Below are positions 12,601 through 29,377 of a DNA stretch of 64,000 nucleotides, piece after piece. Positions within the stretch are counted from its first letter, which is position 1, and each line of letters opens with the position of its first letter. A model generated the notes under the pieces. That model saw only the letters and a program-made list of their open reading frames with translations, did not search any database and was not told the DNA's origin. Position numbers and translations under genes: made by a program. This DNA is from Macrostomum lignano (Eukaryota). The stretch covers positions 133,076 through 197,075 of the forward strand of contig NIVC01000403.1 in assembly GCA_002269645.1 (NCBI GenBank), in the 5' to 3' direction.

Positions 12601-15600
12601 TTAGGAGTGGAAACTCGTGGGACTAGCCAAACACAAAGACTAGAGACTAGCCTAGAGACTGAGAAAATCTCGGGGATCCCAAGGAAGGGAATGCCGAAGG
12701 AGGGAGAATCACAAGGGATATCCAAAGAGGAAATACTGTAGGAATCTCACGGAGCGAAAACTTCAGGGAATCCTAAGGGGGGGAATCCCTGAGGGAAAAT
12801 CCTTAGGAGGGGATTTCCTTGAGTGTACATCCCAAAAAGAAAAATCCCAAAAAGGGGAAATCCCTGTATGGAAATCTCAAGGAGGGAAATCCTAAAGAGG
12901 GGAATCCCTGAGGGAAAATCCTAAGGAGGGGATTTCCTTGAGTGTACATCCCAAAAAGGGGAAATCTCTGAGTGGAAATCTCAAGGAGGGAAATCCTAAA
13001 GAGGGGAATCCTTGAGTGTAAATCCCAAGGAAGATAAATCCAAGAGGGGAATCGCAGAGGGAAAATCCTAATGAGGGGGGAAGGGGAATCCCCCTAGGGT
13101 TAATCCCGAGGGAAAATCCCAAGGAGGTGAAATCCTAAGGAGTGGAGATTTCTAGGGGAATCTCGGGGGAATCGCAAGGAGGGGAATATCGAGGGAATCC
13201 GGTGGATATCACAAGAAACGGAATGTCCGGAAATCCTAAATAGGGGAAATCAATCCCAGACAGAGCCATGAAAATCAAGCCGCACAATAATAATAGGAGC
13301 ATCCGACTCACCTCAAACTCGCAATTAGGATTAGTAAGCACGCCAGCCAGGTGGGGAATCAATTCTGGGCTGCGACCCTCGAACGGGCCAAGAAATACAC
13401 GCTTAGGATCGTAGTCGTTGGCGTGGATATTATCCCAGATTAAAGGCCGGCGGCGAAGCACTTCGGCCAGCTCTTTAACCGAGGCGACGCTAATCTCCTT
13501 GGAGACAACCTTGGGCCCTGTCCACATGACGTGAATGCCAGGCAGCAGGCGACTGCCGATGATGTTCAAATAGGCTGAACTGCGAACGTCTGGCTGGGCG
13601 CGGCTGGCGCAGTACTCTGTTGGGCAGAACAGGAACTGCTGCACGCCTGCGCCAAGATGTTGAAACACCTCGTTAGTAACAGACACCTGGGCGTGGGCCG
13701 GAGATTGGAATACCTCTTTGTCGACGTGGCACAGTTCTATGTCGATATCGTCGAATAGCAGCGCGAAAGATTTGCAGCCTAATTCGCTAACTTGAACCAG
13801 TTTGCGCTTCAACAGGTGCACCTCCTTGGAGAACACCATGTCTAGGCCGGGCGAGATGGCGTAGATGAAGGTGACACCGGCCGCTTGAGCTGCCTGCACC
13901 AGCGACTGCAGGTTCTCTGCCATGGAGGGATGAGATCCAAGTTTAGGAACGAGAATTTTAACAGGGATTTTTTTATGAATAAGACCAGAAATCTCACCCT
14001 AGAATTATGAATGAGACCAGAAATCTCACCCAAGAATTATGAATGAGACCAGAAATATCACCCTAGAATTATGAATGAGACCAGAAATCTCACCCTAGAA
14101 TTATGAATGAGACCAGAAATCTCACCCAAGAATTATGAATGAGAATGAGACCAGAGGTCTCAACCTTAGAATTATGAATGAGACCAGAAATCTCACTCTA
14201 GAATTATGAATGAGACCAGAAGTCCCAACCCTAGAATTGTGAATGAGACCGAAATCTCACCTTGAATTATGAATGAGACCAGAAATCTCACCCTAGAATT
14301 ATGAATGAGACCAGAAATCTCACTCTAGAATTATGAATGAGACCAGAAATCTCACTCTAGAATTGTCCATGAGACCAGAAATCTCACCCAATAATTATAA
14401 GTGAGACCAGAAATCTCACTCTAGAATTGTCAATGAGACCAGAAATCTCACCCTAGAATTATGAATGAGACCAGAAATCTCACCCTAGAATTATGAATGA
14501 GACCAGAAATCTCACCCTAGAATTATGAATGAGACCAGAAATCTCACTCTAGAATCGTCAATGAGACCAGAAATCTCGCTCTGGAATCGTCAATGAGACC
14601 AGAAATCTCACCCTAGAATTATGAATGAGACCAGAAATCTCACCCTAGAATTATGAATGAGACCAGAAATCTCACTCTAGAATCGTCAATGAGACCAGAA
14701 ATCTCACCCTAGAATTATGAATGAGACCAGAAATCTCGCTCTAGAATCGTCAATGAGACCAGAAATCTCACCCTAGAGTTATGAATGAGACCAGAAATCT
14801 CACCCTAGAATTATGAATGAGACCAGAAATTTCACCCTAGAATTATGAATGAGACCAGAAATCTCACTCTAGAATTATGAATGAGACCAGAAATCTCACC
14901 CTAGAATTATGAATGAGACCAGAAATCTCACCCTAGAATTATGAATGAGACCAGAAATCTCACTCTAGAATCGTCAATGAGACCAGAAATCTCACTTTAG
15001 AATTGTCAATAAGACCAGAAATCTCAACCTAGAACTATGAATGAGACCTGAAATGACAATAGAATTATGAATGAGAACTGAACTGTCATCATAGGATTGA
15101 GACCTGAAGCCTTAGTCTATGAATATCAGACTTAAAACTGCACCATTTGGTATATCAGACCCCTCCTGTGAGTATAGGAGCCAAAATGACATTATTAAAT
15201 TTTCCAAAATTGTACTGTCTTTCTACTAGCGCATCAAACAAAAATCAACAAATCAACAAACTCATATACCTATCTCCTCCACTGAGTAGAGCTCTCGCCA
15301 AAATCTTCTGTGCTTGCAGTCGTCTTTTGGCGCATAAACATAAGTGTTCATCTGCATGGACTTCATGCGTTGGAACAGCTCCTTGCGCTGATCTGATGTC
15401 CATGGTCGGCCATAGAAGCCTAAATGTATATGTGGATTTGGTTAGAAATTATTATGTACATTACAGAAAGTATACTAATATGTAGTTATTTGTTTAGCTC
15501 CCTATAGTCAGGAAGGTGGCACTTTTATTGTACTAGAATTTTCTAGTGCAAAAAAGGATTCTATATCTTGCACTCAATGTACATACTTAGCCTTATGTTA

Positions 15601-18600
15601 TAGTATAAGTACACATTCTTTAATACACAGTGCATATTTACCCTTATAGCTAAAGAATAGTTCTAACACACACACTACACTAATTTGTTAATTATAGAAG
15701 CTCCTGTGTATTAAATTAATTGTCAAATTCAAACATGTACTATAAAAATTAAGAGACAATTTTAAACAATCATTAAGCATCTTTGAAAGTATAAAATAAA
15801 TTTTAGAGTTCAATCCCATTAACTTCATATTAAATATGCACATTTACTAGTCATTATAAACAAACTGTTGCAACATATATTATAGCATATAGAAAATTAT
15901 AGCATACAAGAACTGGAGTATACTGGTCATTGGCATACAACTTTGTATATGAAGGGGTCTAATATGCCTTCTTAACATATAGTCTAATATATAAAGATTG
16001 CCAAAACAGCAGATAGGACAAAATTTCAAGTCCTAACCAATGTACTACGCTTGATATACAAAAAATGATCAGGTTTAAGTTTTAGAATAGGCTTCACATG
16101 CATAGTTGGGATAGTTAAATTTTGATCAAAAAGAATATCTCAAAAAAATAATGGATAACTAAAAAAGAAACTATGAAAAACAAAAATAATTAATATTAAC
16201 TAATTCTTTTTTATAGAAATTATAGTTCAATAGAATACTAACAAGTCTTTATTTATTTTTGCTAAGATTAATTAAGATTTTCAGCTTAAAATATAGTTTG
16301 TCATTTTTTGTATTTGTTTTAGTATATTCTTATGTACAATATTAGCCCATTGGTATAGATTTTTTATTTTTTTTAAGCTTTGCACTACTAGCAAAGAATA
16401 CTAATAGTAAAAGTTTGAAAACTACTACGTACTAGCTAATAGGGGAAATCTATATAAAAAAAGAATAAAAACCATAAATTTTACATATAACTTATGTACT
16501 TTTATGCAAGTTGGTCTATATTTACTATAAATAATTATAAAGAACAATTTATCACAAGTTTTATTTTTTATTATTAATATTTATTATGCTTATTATTAGG
16601 TTAGTTAAAAATATAATTTTTAAAATTAAATTAGTAAATAGTTAAATTTATAGTAGTTATTATGGTTACTATGATTGTATAGATAAAAAATAGTTCTTTT
16701 TATAATCTATGCATAAGACATTATCTGGGCTTAAGGTTTTAACTTAATGTAACTAAAAAAATAGCAAAACTTTTTGTAGTTATTATATATAATATATATG
16801 AAATAAAATATCTTTGCCACTTATGAAAAAAAAATAATTATTCATCTCCAAAATGATATATAAAATCTAACATAGATTAATACGAGGGGTGTCCCAAAAG
16901 TCGATGCACTTTCTTCACTACAGTATTTTCTGATCGATCAGAAATATTAAGTCTTTTGCAGTTGAAAAGAGAATTATCTGCCCATTAAAATGACTTTCTG
17001 TTTATTTCTGTATCTGCTAGCATTCTTGAGATATGAGCACTTTTCTGCCCCACCCCCTGTGCTACTTTTACAAATTGCCATAGACCAAAGCTTTGTACCT
17101 GATGCACAAAACAACGAAACATTCAACAAATCAACAAAACATCCGCAACATGAAAGCTAAGGAAAGAACAGTTAAAAGTTAATCAACATTGTCCTGAGGC
17201 TTCTCCACATAGTCACCACTATGCTGCACACTTCTGCCATCGGCTGTGCATGTCGACAACACACGTCCCACATGGCCAAGAAACTGGAGGAGACAATCGA
17301 GCAGGCAAATTTTGTGCTGCTCTCACTGCTACCCTACTCTCTGGATTTCTCAACAGCTGACTTTGCCTTCTTTCCAAAGAGAAAGAAGCTGCTGCATGGA
17401 CAAATCTTTGCTTGTCGTGGGAGCCTGGAAGCACTTGCCAAGTTCTCCTTCATGAGATGCTGCACTCAGATTTTGCTGATTGACGACATTGATGACTTGC
17501 ACAGCCAATGGCAGAAGTATGCAGCGCAGTGGTGACTATGTGGAGAAGCCTCAGGACAATGTTGATTAACTTTTAACTGTTCTTTCCTTAGCTTTCATGT
17601 TGCGGATGTTTTGTTGATTTGTTGAATGTTTTGTTGTTTTGTGCATCAGGTACAAAGCTTTGGTCTATGGCAATTTGTAAAAGTAGTACAGAGGGTGGGG
17701 CAGAAAAGTGCTCATATCTCAAGAATGCTAGCAGATACAGAAATAAACAGAGTCATTTTAACGGGCAAATAATTCTCTTTTAAACTGCAAGAGACTTAAC
17801 ATTTCTGATCAGTCAAAAAAGACTGTAGTGAAGAAAATGCATAGACTTTTCGGACACCCCTTGTAGTTAACAATTATATTGAATAAGCTATAGGCTATAA
17901 GCTAGGCCTAGCTAAAGTCACTGACAGAAACACTATAATATAACCTATATTATAGAAAGTTTTCTGTGTATTCCAGATACATTTTCATTGAATTTTCAAT
18001 TATATGCCAACAAATTTTGAATGTATACCAACTTTCTTAATATGTGCCAACAAAAACAAAAATAGAAATTAAACATAACCAGAAGTCAGAATCAGAACAG
18101 TATATTATAATTATAAATAGTTATAGTAAAAAATTGATGAATATTTAAATTTGAATTTAACTTACAAAAAATTGATAACAGCATGACAATTGTTGTAACG
18201 ATTCTGGTAATTAAAATGATTAGTAAATGAGAAAATAGTAGCAGAAAATATGGTTTTTTAAATAACTTAACACAGAAAAATGCACAAAAAATATTCTTTA
18301 TATTAATTTATATGCCAGTCATGTATGCCACACTGTATGCCACACTGTACACAGCCAAGAAATGTACACTGGTATATGCTATAAAACTCAAGTGTATGCC
18401 AGAAAATTCCAGTGTACACACTCCTTCCGCAATATGGAATATAACCATAATATATTGATATTATTAACATGTTTCTTAATTATTTTCTAACTTACTAGCC
18501 TTTTTTATTTACATTGCTAATTTTTTACTTAATTTAGAATCTAGATGGTTTTTGTGTTATGTGTTAACCATAAAAATAACTATCTTGCTTTTTGTATGCT

Positions 18601-18797
18601 GTATGGTCACTGTAACAATAACAACTGCCTAAATGTAAATAATAATTTTTAATAACATATATTATTTATTATAATATTGATTATATGAGTAAGACCACTC
18701 TAGTTAAATAGATACATACCAACATATGATACATTGATTAAGACAATATTTTAGGTAGTACTTACCTTCAACAACACCACAAAGAAAGGTGTTTGAT
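3698..18797 (-). CDS. OGA: Protein O-GlcNAcase (GH84 catalytic domain, stalk, C-terminal pseudo-HAT/GNAT domain); multi-exon, 5'-most exon not located
   Basis: Seven phase-consistent GT-AG exons: 18797-18766 ([11 protein letters not shown]), 15419-15270 (FYGRPW...YAPKDD), 13916-13312 (YAISPG, LLFDDID catalytic Asp pair, [17 protein letters not shown]), 12345-11965, 11026-10645 ([10 protein letters not shown]...FQWLK), 8236-7578 ([26 protein letters not shown]), 4021-3698 (LKTNGSPG...YKRLGF, TGA). The motifs match animal OGA/MGEA5. Confidence 0.96.
4045..7465. repeat. Intronic minisatellite, 22-bp unit GCTTGAATCTGCCCAATCCGCT plus derived 21-bp unit AATTCAATCTACAAAACCGCT
   Basis: A 3.4-kb array filling the last OGA intron. 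It explains the spurious [20 protein letters not shown] ORFs. Confidence 0.97.
10059..10445. repeat. Minisatellite, 22-bp unit GAACAAGGATACCAAGGATCGT
   Basis: Tandem copies in an OGA intron. Confidence 0.95.
11180..11935. repeat. Minisatellite, ~24-bp unit GACTAGAGACTAGCCAGAAACAAA
   Basis: Tandem copies in an OGA intron, decaying toward 11180. Confidence 0.93.
12400..13260. repeat. Degenerate purine-rich GGGAAATCC-type repeat with internal duplicated blocks
   Basis: Recurrent gggaaatc/ggaatccc motifs. The block ggaatccctgagggaaaatcct...gatttccttgagtgtacatccc occurs twice (~12783 and ~12902). Confidence 0.75.
13975..15110. repeat. Minisatellite, 32-bp unit ATGAATGAGACCAGAAATCTCACCCTAGAATT
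   Basis: Tandem copies filling most of OGA intron 13917-15269. Confidence 0.96.
16881..17865. mobile_element. Non-autonomous mariner (Tc1/mariner) derivative with ~370-bp inverted arms and a transposase C-terminal remnant
   Basis: The termini TACGAGGGGTGTCCCAAAAG and CTTTTCGGACACCCCTTGTA both carry TA. Arm 16881-~17252 is the near reverse complement of ~17498-17865. The core translates to HTSHM...[28 protein letters not shown]...WQKYAAQW, then after a frameshift GDYVEK. This resembles the mariner HPPYSPDLAPSDF...GDYVEK C-terminus. Confidence 0.9.
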
Positions 18798-19943
18798 CTG
18801 TTATGCATAGGCCTAATAATACTACTAGGTAGCTAAACAGGGTGAAATATGAAGTAGGAAGGTCTCTCAAGGACTGGTCAAAGATATATATATACTAATT
18901 TAACAGCACTTTTACTACTATAGATTGCAATAAATTAAAACCACCAAAGGTAGCAGAAAATTTATAAATAATTTAAATATTACTGCAATAATATTTAATA
19001 TGCAGGTTAATGCCTACTAAAATTAGGAAGTTCTCGCAAGAATGAAAAATTATATTACATAATATGAAATACAAAAAATGTGAAACTGGTAACGCGAAAA
19101 CGATAATATAGTATTTGCAAGTTTTTAAACTTTATAGGCAGCAAGCCAGTTCGGTCGATGTCAATCAATAAATAACTGGAAAAATCTGGAACGAAAAATG
19201 AAAAATAGAAGCTAGAACTAAAAATTGACAGCCATCAAGCATTTATGTACATAATTCAGTGTAATTTAAAGATAATATTTTAAGATAAGCGCTATTGAAG
19301 TACCTTTTTTTAATACAAAGTTTTTTATTTGTTATTTGTTTGAACGGTGCCTTTTTTTAATTGTGTTTCTAAAACTAAAATTAGCTTTCACGTTTCACGA
19401 CTTCCTCGGTTGAATTATAAGGCCTTTTCATATTGCTTGTTCTGGTTCTAGAACCAGATCCATTTGTAAAGTATAACTTTTTGTCTCCTAATCTAGAGGG
19501 ATATAAGTGCTTTAAAGTTGTGATTATTGAATGGCAATAGCCAAGAAGAAAGTGAAAAATTGTGCAAAGTGAAGCTGTAAGGCAGTCAAACATTCAGTGC
19601 AGCAAAAAGTTAAATAGTTATACTTGCTTTTTTTCTTAGAAGATCCGAATTAATTCTGGTTTTGGAATTAGTAATGTGAAAAGCCCTATAGATAATCAAA
19701 AATCGGGACTACGAACAAACAAGAATTCTAAAAAGTCTGCGGAAGAGAAACTGAGGTGGTTATTTGCGTGCATTGTGTTGGTGAAGGCGGGCAGGTCTGT
19801 ATTCAGTTGGCTGTCTTGGCCCTTGGTGGTTTTTTTGCGCACTTGAATTTTTCTTCCTTCCGATTACAATTCTCTGCTTGCACATATTTATCTTAGAAAG
19901 CTAAACGTGAATAAATAATACTGGCTTTGAGAGGGGCTTCGTG

Positions 19944-20196
19944 CAGGGGCGAACCAAGGATTTCTCTATAACTAGAACCTATAGTTCTAGTTATAGAGAA
20001 ATCCTTGGGCGAACCCAGGGTTAGGGTATGGGTGGCACCCAGGGGGCCATATCCCAATTCAAGTCGTGATAGAAATTATAGGCCATATTTTTTCGCTTCT
20101 AACTATATGCATGTACATTCTTATATTGGGATGCACCTGTGGCACCTGTGTAGTTGTAAATGTATCTTCGTCCCAAAAAATCTGGGTCCGCCCCTG
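19944..20196. mobile_element. Putative MITE with imperfect terminal inverted repeats, containing a perfect 25-bp hairpin
   Basis: The left end CAGGGGCGAACCAAGGATTT compares with the reverse complement of the right end, CAGGGGCGGACCCAGATTTT. Hairpin arms are 19954-19978 and 19984-20008. Confidence 0.55.
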
Positions 20197-20639
20197 GCTT
20201 CGAGCTTGCTCGCACCCAGCTTCATCTTCCTCAACGTCCTCTGCTTTCGCCTTCACTTCACTAACTATAGATCGAGTAGCTACATGTAGCATGCATGTAC
20301 ATGTACAGAGAGGACGTAGATAGACCTGGGTCCTGAACATGTAAAATCATAACATGTAACATGTAAGGGACGCTTCAGCTTGGCTTCAAGAACTTCAAGA
20401 ACTTAACTTGAAATGAAAAAGAGATACTTCTTCGATCCAACTCAATCCTGATCGAAGCCAGTTAGCTCAATTAAATTTATGAAGCTCTTAACGTTCAGGT
20501 CTTCAATAACAACGAAATTAATATGAAATCATCTATTTTCGTTCCCGTTTATAAATGCTGTAATATAGCGCTACACATGTACATGCACGTGTAACTGTTG
20601 CGGCGAGCGTCGGCCTGGTGGTCAACACGCAGAAAATCG

Positions 20640-21060
20640 TCGTGCACTGTGTGCCGGACGACATCGAGGTTGCTATTTTCTGCTAAGGCGCTGACGGGGC
20701 AGGTGACGAGGCTTCCGCGCTGTCATCAGTTTGTCTACCTCGGCGGTCTGGTGCCTGACGTTCGCGAGGATCTGCGACGTCGCCGTAGACTTTCCCAGAC
20801 TGCCTTCCGTTCCGTGAGGGCTGTCCTGCAGTCCGAGGCCCTGTTCCAGGCGGTGGTTGAGACCGTCCTGTTGTACAACGGACGGAATCGCTCATACAGC
20901 AGGTCGGTGCGGCGCACGCTGGCCTGCTGCGCGCCGCCTTCAAGATCGGCTACGAGTGACGAGTCGCCAGCAATGCGGCACTGCCTGCTGGCTGATCCCG
21001 GCGCCCGGACACTGCTGGCGGTGCGGCCTACTTTCGCGCCCAGGCCCTGAAACGCGCCTT
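20640..21060 (+). mobile_element. Decayed non-LTR retrotransposon fragment (RTE-like RT C-terminal region)
   Basis: The translation QFVYLGGLVPDVREDLRRRRRLSQTAFRSVRAVLQSEALFQAVVETVLLYN resembles the RT thumb pattern F-x-YLG...R...AF...LF-x-A-x-VE-x-VLLY of RTE-type elements. It is internally deleted and has no termini. Confidence 0.65.
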
Positions 21061-21576
21061 GTGATATTGTCCCAATGCTTGACTGGCTGACAATATTTTT
21101 GTGGTCCTTGACTACATGTACCAACTACAGTTATACAGGTTGTACATGAGGATGTACTAGCTAAGATTCGATACCAAGGGAGTTTATTTTATCATGAATT
21201 TGTTGCAATGTCAAATGAACTTTTATTTTGCAGACTTGAAAATAACTGCAAGAACTGCAATATGAGAAAAAAATAGATAAAAAAATCCTTTTGTTTATAT
21301 GATTTTTGTTCAAAGCAACCACTAATTTTTCCGCTATCTCATGCTCAATCTCGTTTCTTCGAATGGTTTTCTATAGGAATTAACAAAACTGCGCAGCATT
21401 TTTTTTGCGCAGATTTGATTTAAAAACAAAATACTGGGCGAAATCGCATAGAGCTGAGATACTGTGCCATAAAAGTTTTTCGTCTAAAACAAACTAAAAG
21501 TACATTTGATTAGAAGCAAAGAATAGAATCTCTATATCAATGGTGCGAGACTAAACTGTCTTTTTCACCGCTGATA

Positions 21577-26245
<4,669 letters not shown>

Positions 26246-26344
26246 GGAAGAGGTCAGCGAGTGCGTAGTCTTCGGCTGCACCGGATCTGTTGGACAAAAG
26301 CAAGTCGAGATGAGCAGGTCCATGAGCAGGCTAATACCGCGTGA

Positions 26345-26738
26345 GGGATGATGTAGGATTGCCAGGGATGTTGCTAGGTGTCAGGAGTGTTGTTGGAATT
26401 TCAAGAGTGGTATTGGGATGTCAGGAGCGTTGTTGGGATGTCAGGAGCGTTGTTGGGATGTCAGGAGTGTTGTTGGGATTTCAAGAGTGGTATTGGGATG
26501 TCAGGAGCGTTGTTGGGATGTCAGGAGCGTTGTTGGGATGTCAGGAGCGTTGTTGGGATGTCAGGAGTGTTGTTGGGATTTCAAGAGTGGTATTGGGATG
26601 TCAGGAGCGTTGTTGGGATGTCAGGAGCGTTGTTGGGATGTCAGGAGCGTTGTTGGGATGTCAGGAGTGTTGTTGGGATTTCAAGAGTGGTATTTGGGAT
26701 GTCAGTAGTGTTGTTGGGATGTCAAGAGTGTTGTTGAG
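26345..26738. repeat. Minisatellite, 20-bp unit TTGTTGGGATGTCAGGAGCG with TTTCAAGAGTGGTATT variants
   Basis: Tandem copies just upstream of the SLC10 start. Confidence 0.93.
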
Positions 26739-27254
26739 GGGCTAAATCAGATCTTCCACCGTGGTTTCTTGGGGCCCTAAGTGGCAAGTTAAAACTGTGT
26801 ACTAATTAACTATTGACTTTGCTCTCAAAGCAACATAGCAGCATATCTCGTCAAGCACTGTTGGGTGAAAGGAATATAAGAGAAAGCCCACCAACCTTCA
26901 GCGTGTCTGTCAGTTTGCACTTTTGCGCAAGACATGAAGATTAGAAGTCAAACAGCTCGTGCGCTAGTTGCTAGGGCTTGCGTTGGAAGGGGGGCGAAAT
27001 GTTGCTGCCGCTGTGTGCGATCCACTGGGAGAAAATCGATATGGTTCGGTCTCATCTAAGACACCGGTTCGCCCAAGAGACTCCACTTAACCAGCACTTG
27101 ACATGGGGGGAAACGGTTGGACTTCTCTGTAGTTTTCTCTACTATATTCTTTTGATTCTTGCGGTTGCATTTGTACTTTTACGCTGAGAGGATTGAATTT
27201 GGGAGCTACGAGCTAATAGTACACAGTTGGTATATTTACGTGCCATGGCCAAGA

Positions 27255-27735
27255 CTGAGGGTAGGAAACCGGGACTGAGGGTAGGCAACCGGGACTGGGG
27301 GTCCGGGACTGAGGGTAGGCAACAGGGACTGGGGGTAGGGTGAGACAACCGGGACTGAAGGTAGGCAACAGGGACTGGGGGTAGGCAACCGGGACTGAGG
27401 GTAGGCAACAGGGACTGGGGGTAGGGTGAGACAACCGGGACTGAGGGTAGGCAACAGGGACTGGGGGTAGGGTGAGACAACCGGGACTGAGGGTAGGCAA
27501 CCGGGACTGAGGGTAGGCAACCGGGACTGAGGGTAGGCAACAGGGACTGAGGGTAGGCAACAGGGACTGAGGGTAGGCAACAGGGACTGAAGGTAGGCAA
27601 CAGGGACTGAGGGTAGGCAACCGGGACTGAGGGTAGGCAACAGGGACTGAGGGTAGGCAACAGGGACTGAGGGTAGGCAACCGGGACTGAGGGTAGGCAA
27701 CCGGGACTGAAGGTAGGCAACCGGAACTCGCGGTA
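27255..27735. repeat. Minisatellite, 20-bp unit GGGACTGAGGGTAGGCAAC(A/C)
   Basis: G-rich tandem copies. Confidence 0.95.
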
Positions 27736-28494
27736 GGCAACAGGGGCTGTGGATAGGCGAAGTTGACTTGGTGTCTGGGTGGACTAGTCAAGGCCTGTAG
27801 TGCTTGCAGGCTAAGGGTGCACGAGCGGCGATACAGGGATTATCTTTGCCTTTGCTTCACAAAGAACTGCACACGGAATGCTTTTGATTTTCTTAGATTT
27901 TTTGTCCGTCTCTTTTGCCGCCCAAGATCTTGCAGTGGAATTTCTATTATTTATTCAGACAGCGAAATCAGCCACGCAGACACACCCAATGCGTGTGTTT
28001 TCCCCCTAAAGGCAGCTCACTCACCGTAATGATGCTTGAGATAGCTGATTCCTCTGTCTGTAGCTGACGATTCTCTTCGCTTCGTTGAATTCAATTTCAT
28101 CTGCTTTCGCTGCTCAGCATTGCTAATCGCGTAAAGAATATTTGATACACTCAAGACAAGCCCGAAGCAGTTAGCAGCGTCAATACGGATTCAACGCTCG
28201 TCTGTTGTTTCTGCAACAAACTGAAAGCAGGGTAGAGCAAAAGCAGAGCCGAGCGGGAAAGAGATCTCACAGTTTTTTTATTGTGACCGCCCCGTCCTCA
28301 CAGCCAAGGATTGGCCAATGGGGAGGATCTCTTTAGGGCAGTGAGTCAACTCAACTTCTCTTGTTGTTACATTGCTCTGAAAGCGTGCGATTTTGGGACT
28401 CTCGCTAATGTTGAATTATAGGTTCTGAAGACGCAAAGGGTAATCTTGTCAAAAGCACCAACAACACCTACACCGACAACCTGTATGGATGGTC

Positions 28495-29272
28495 AGGCTG
28501 ATTCAGGATGGAAAGGATGCTCAGGCAGAGTGATTCAGGATGGAAAGGATGCTCAGGCAGAATGATTCAGGATGGTAAGGATGCTCAGGCAGAGTGATTC
28601 AGGATGGAAAGGATGCTCAGGCAGAATGATTCAGGATGGTAAGGATGCTCAGGCAGAGTGATTCAGGATGGAAAGGATGCTCAGGCAGAATGATTCAGGA
28701 TGGAAAGGATGCTCAGGCAGAGTGATTCAGGATGGAAAGGATGCTCAGGCAGAGTGATTCAGGATGGAAAGGATGCTCAGGCAGAGTGATTCAGGATGGA
28801 AAGGATGCTCAGGCAGAGTGATTCAGGATGGAAAGGATGCTCAGGCAGAATGATTCAGGATGGAAAGGATGCTCAGGCAGAGTGATTCAGGATGGAAAGG
28901 ATGCTCAGGCAGAATGATTCAGGATGAAAAGGATGCTCAGGTAGCATGATTCAGGACGGAAAGGATGCTCAGGCAGAATGATTCAGGATGGAAAGGATGC
29001 TCAGGCAGAGTGATTCAGGATGGAAAGGATGCTCAGGCAGAGTGATTCAGGATGGAAAGGATGCTCAGGCAGAGTGATTCAGGATGGAAAGGATGCTCAG
29101 GCAGAGTGATTCAGGATGGAAAGGATGCTCAGGCAGAGTGATTCAGGATGGAAAGGATGCTCAGGCAGAGTGATTCAGGATGGAAAGGATGCTCAGGCAG
29201 AATGATTCAGGATGGAAAGGATGCTCAGGCAGAGTGATTCAGGATGGAAAGGATGCTCAGGCAGAGTGATTC
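28495..29272. repeat. 32-bp satellite ATTCAGGATGGAAAGGATGCTCAGGCAGA(G/A)TG, left part
   Basis: Tandem copies interrupted at 29272 by the retrotransposon. The array resumes at 35020. Confidence 0.97.
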
Positions 29273-29377
29273 TTCTTGACTTAGCTGCAGGGTGGTCCGT
29301 AGACACAGCGGGGAGGCGAGGGTCGCCCATTCCGCTAGCCCCTGAAGGCCCGCAGACAGGCAGAGGCGTGGGGCCGG

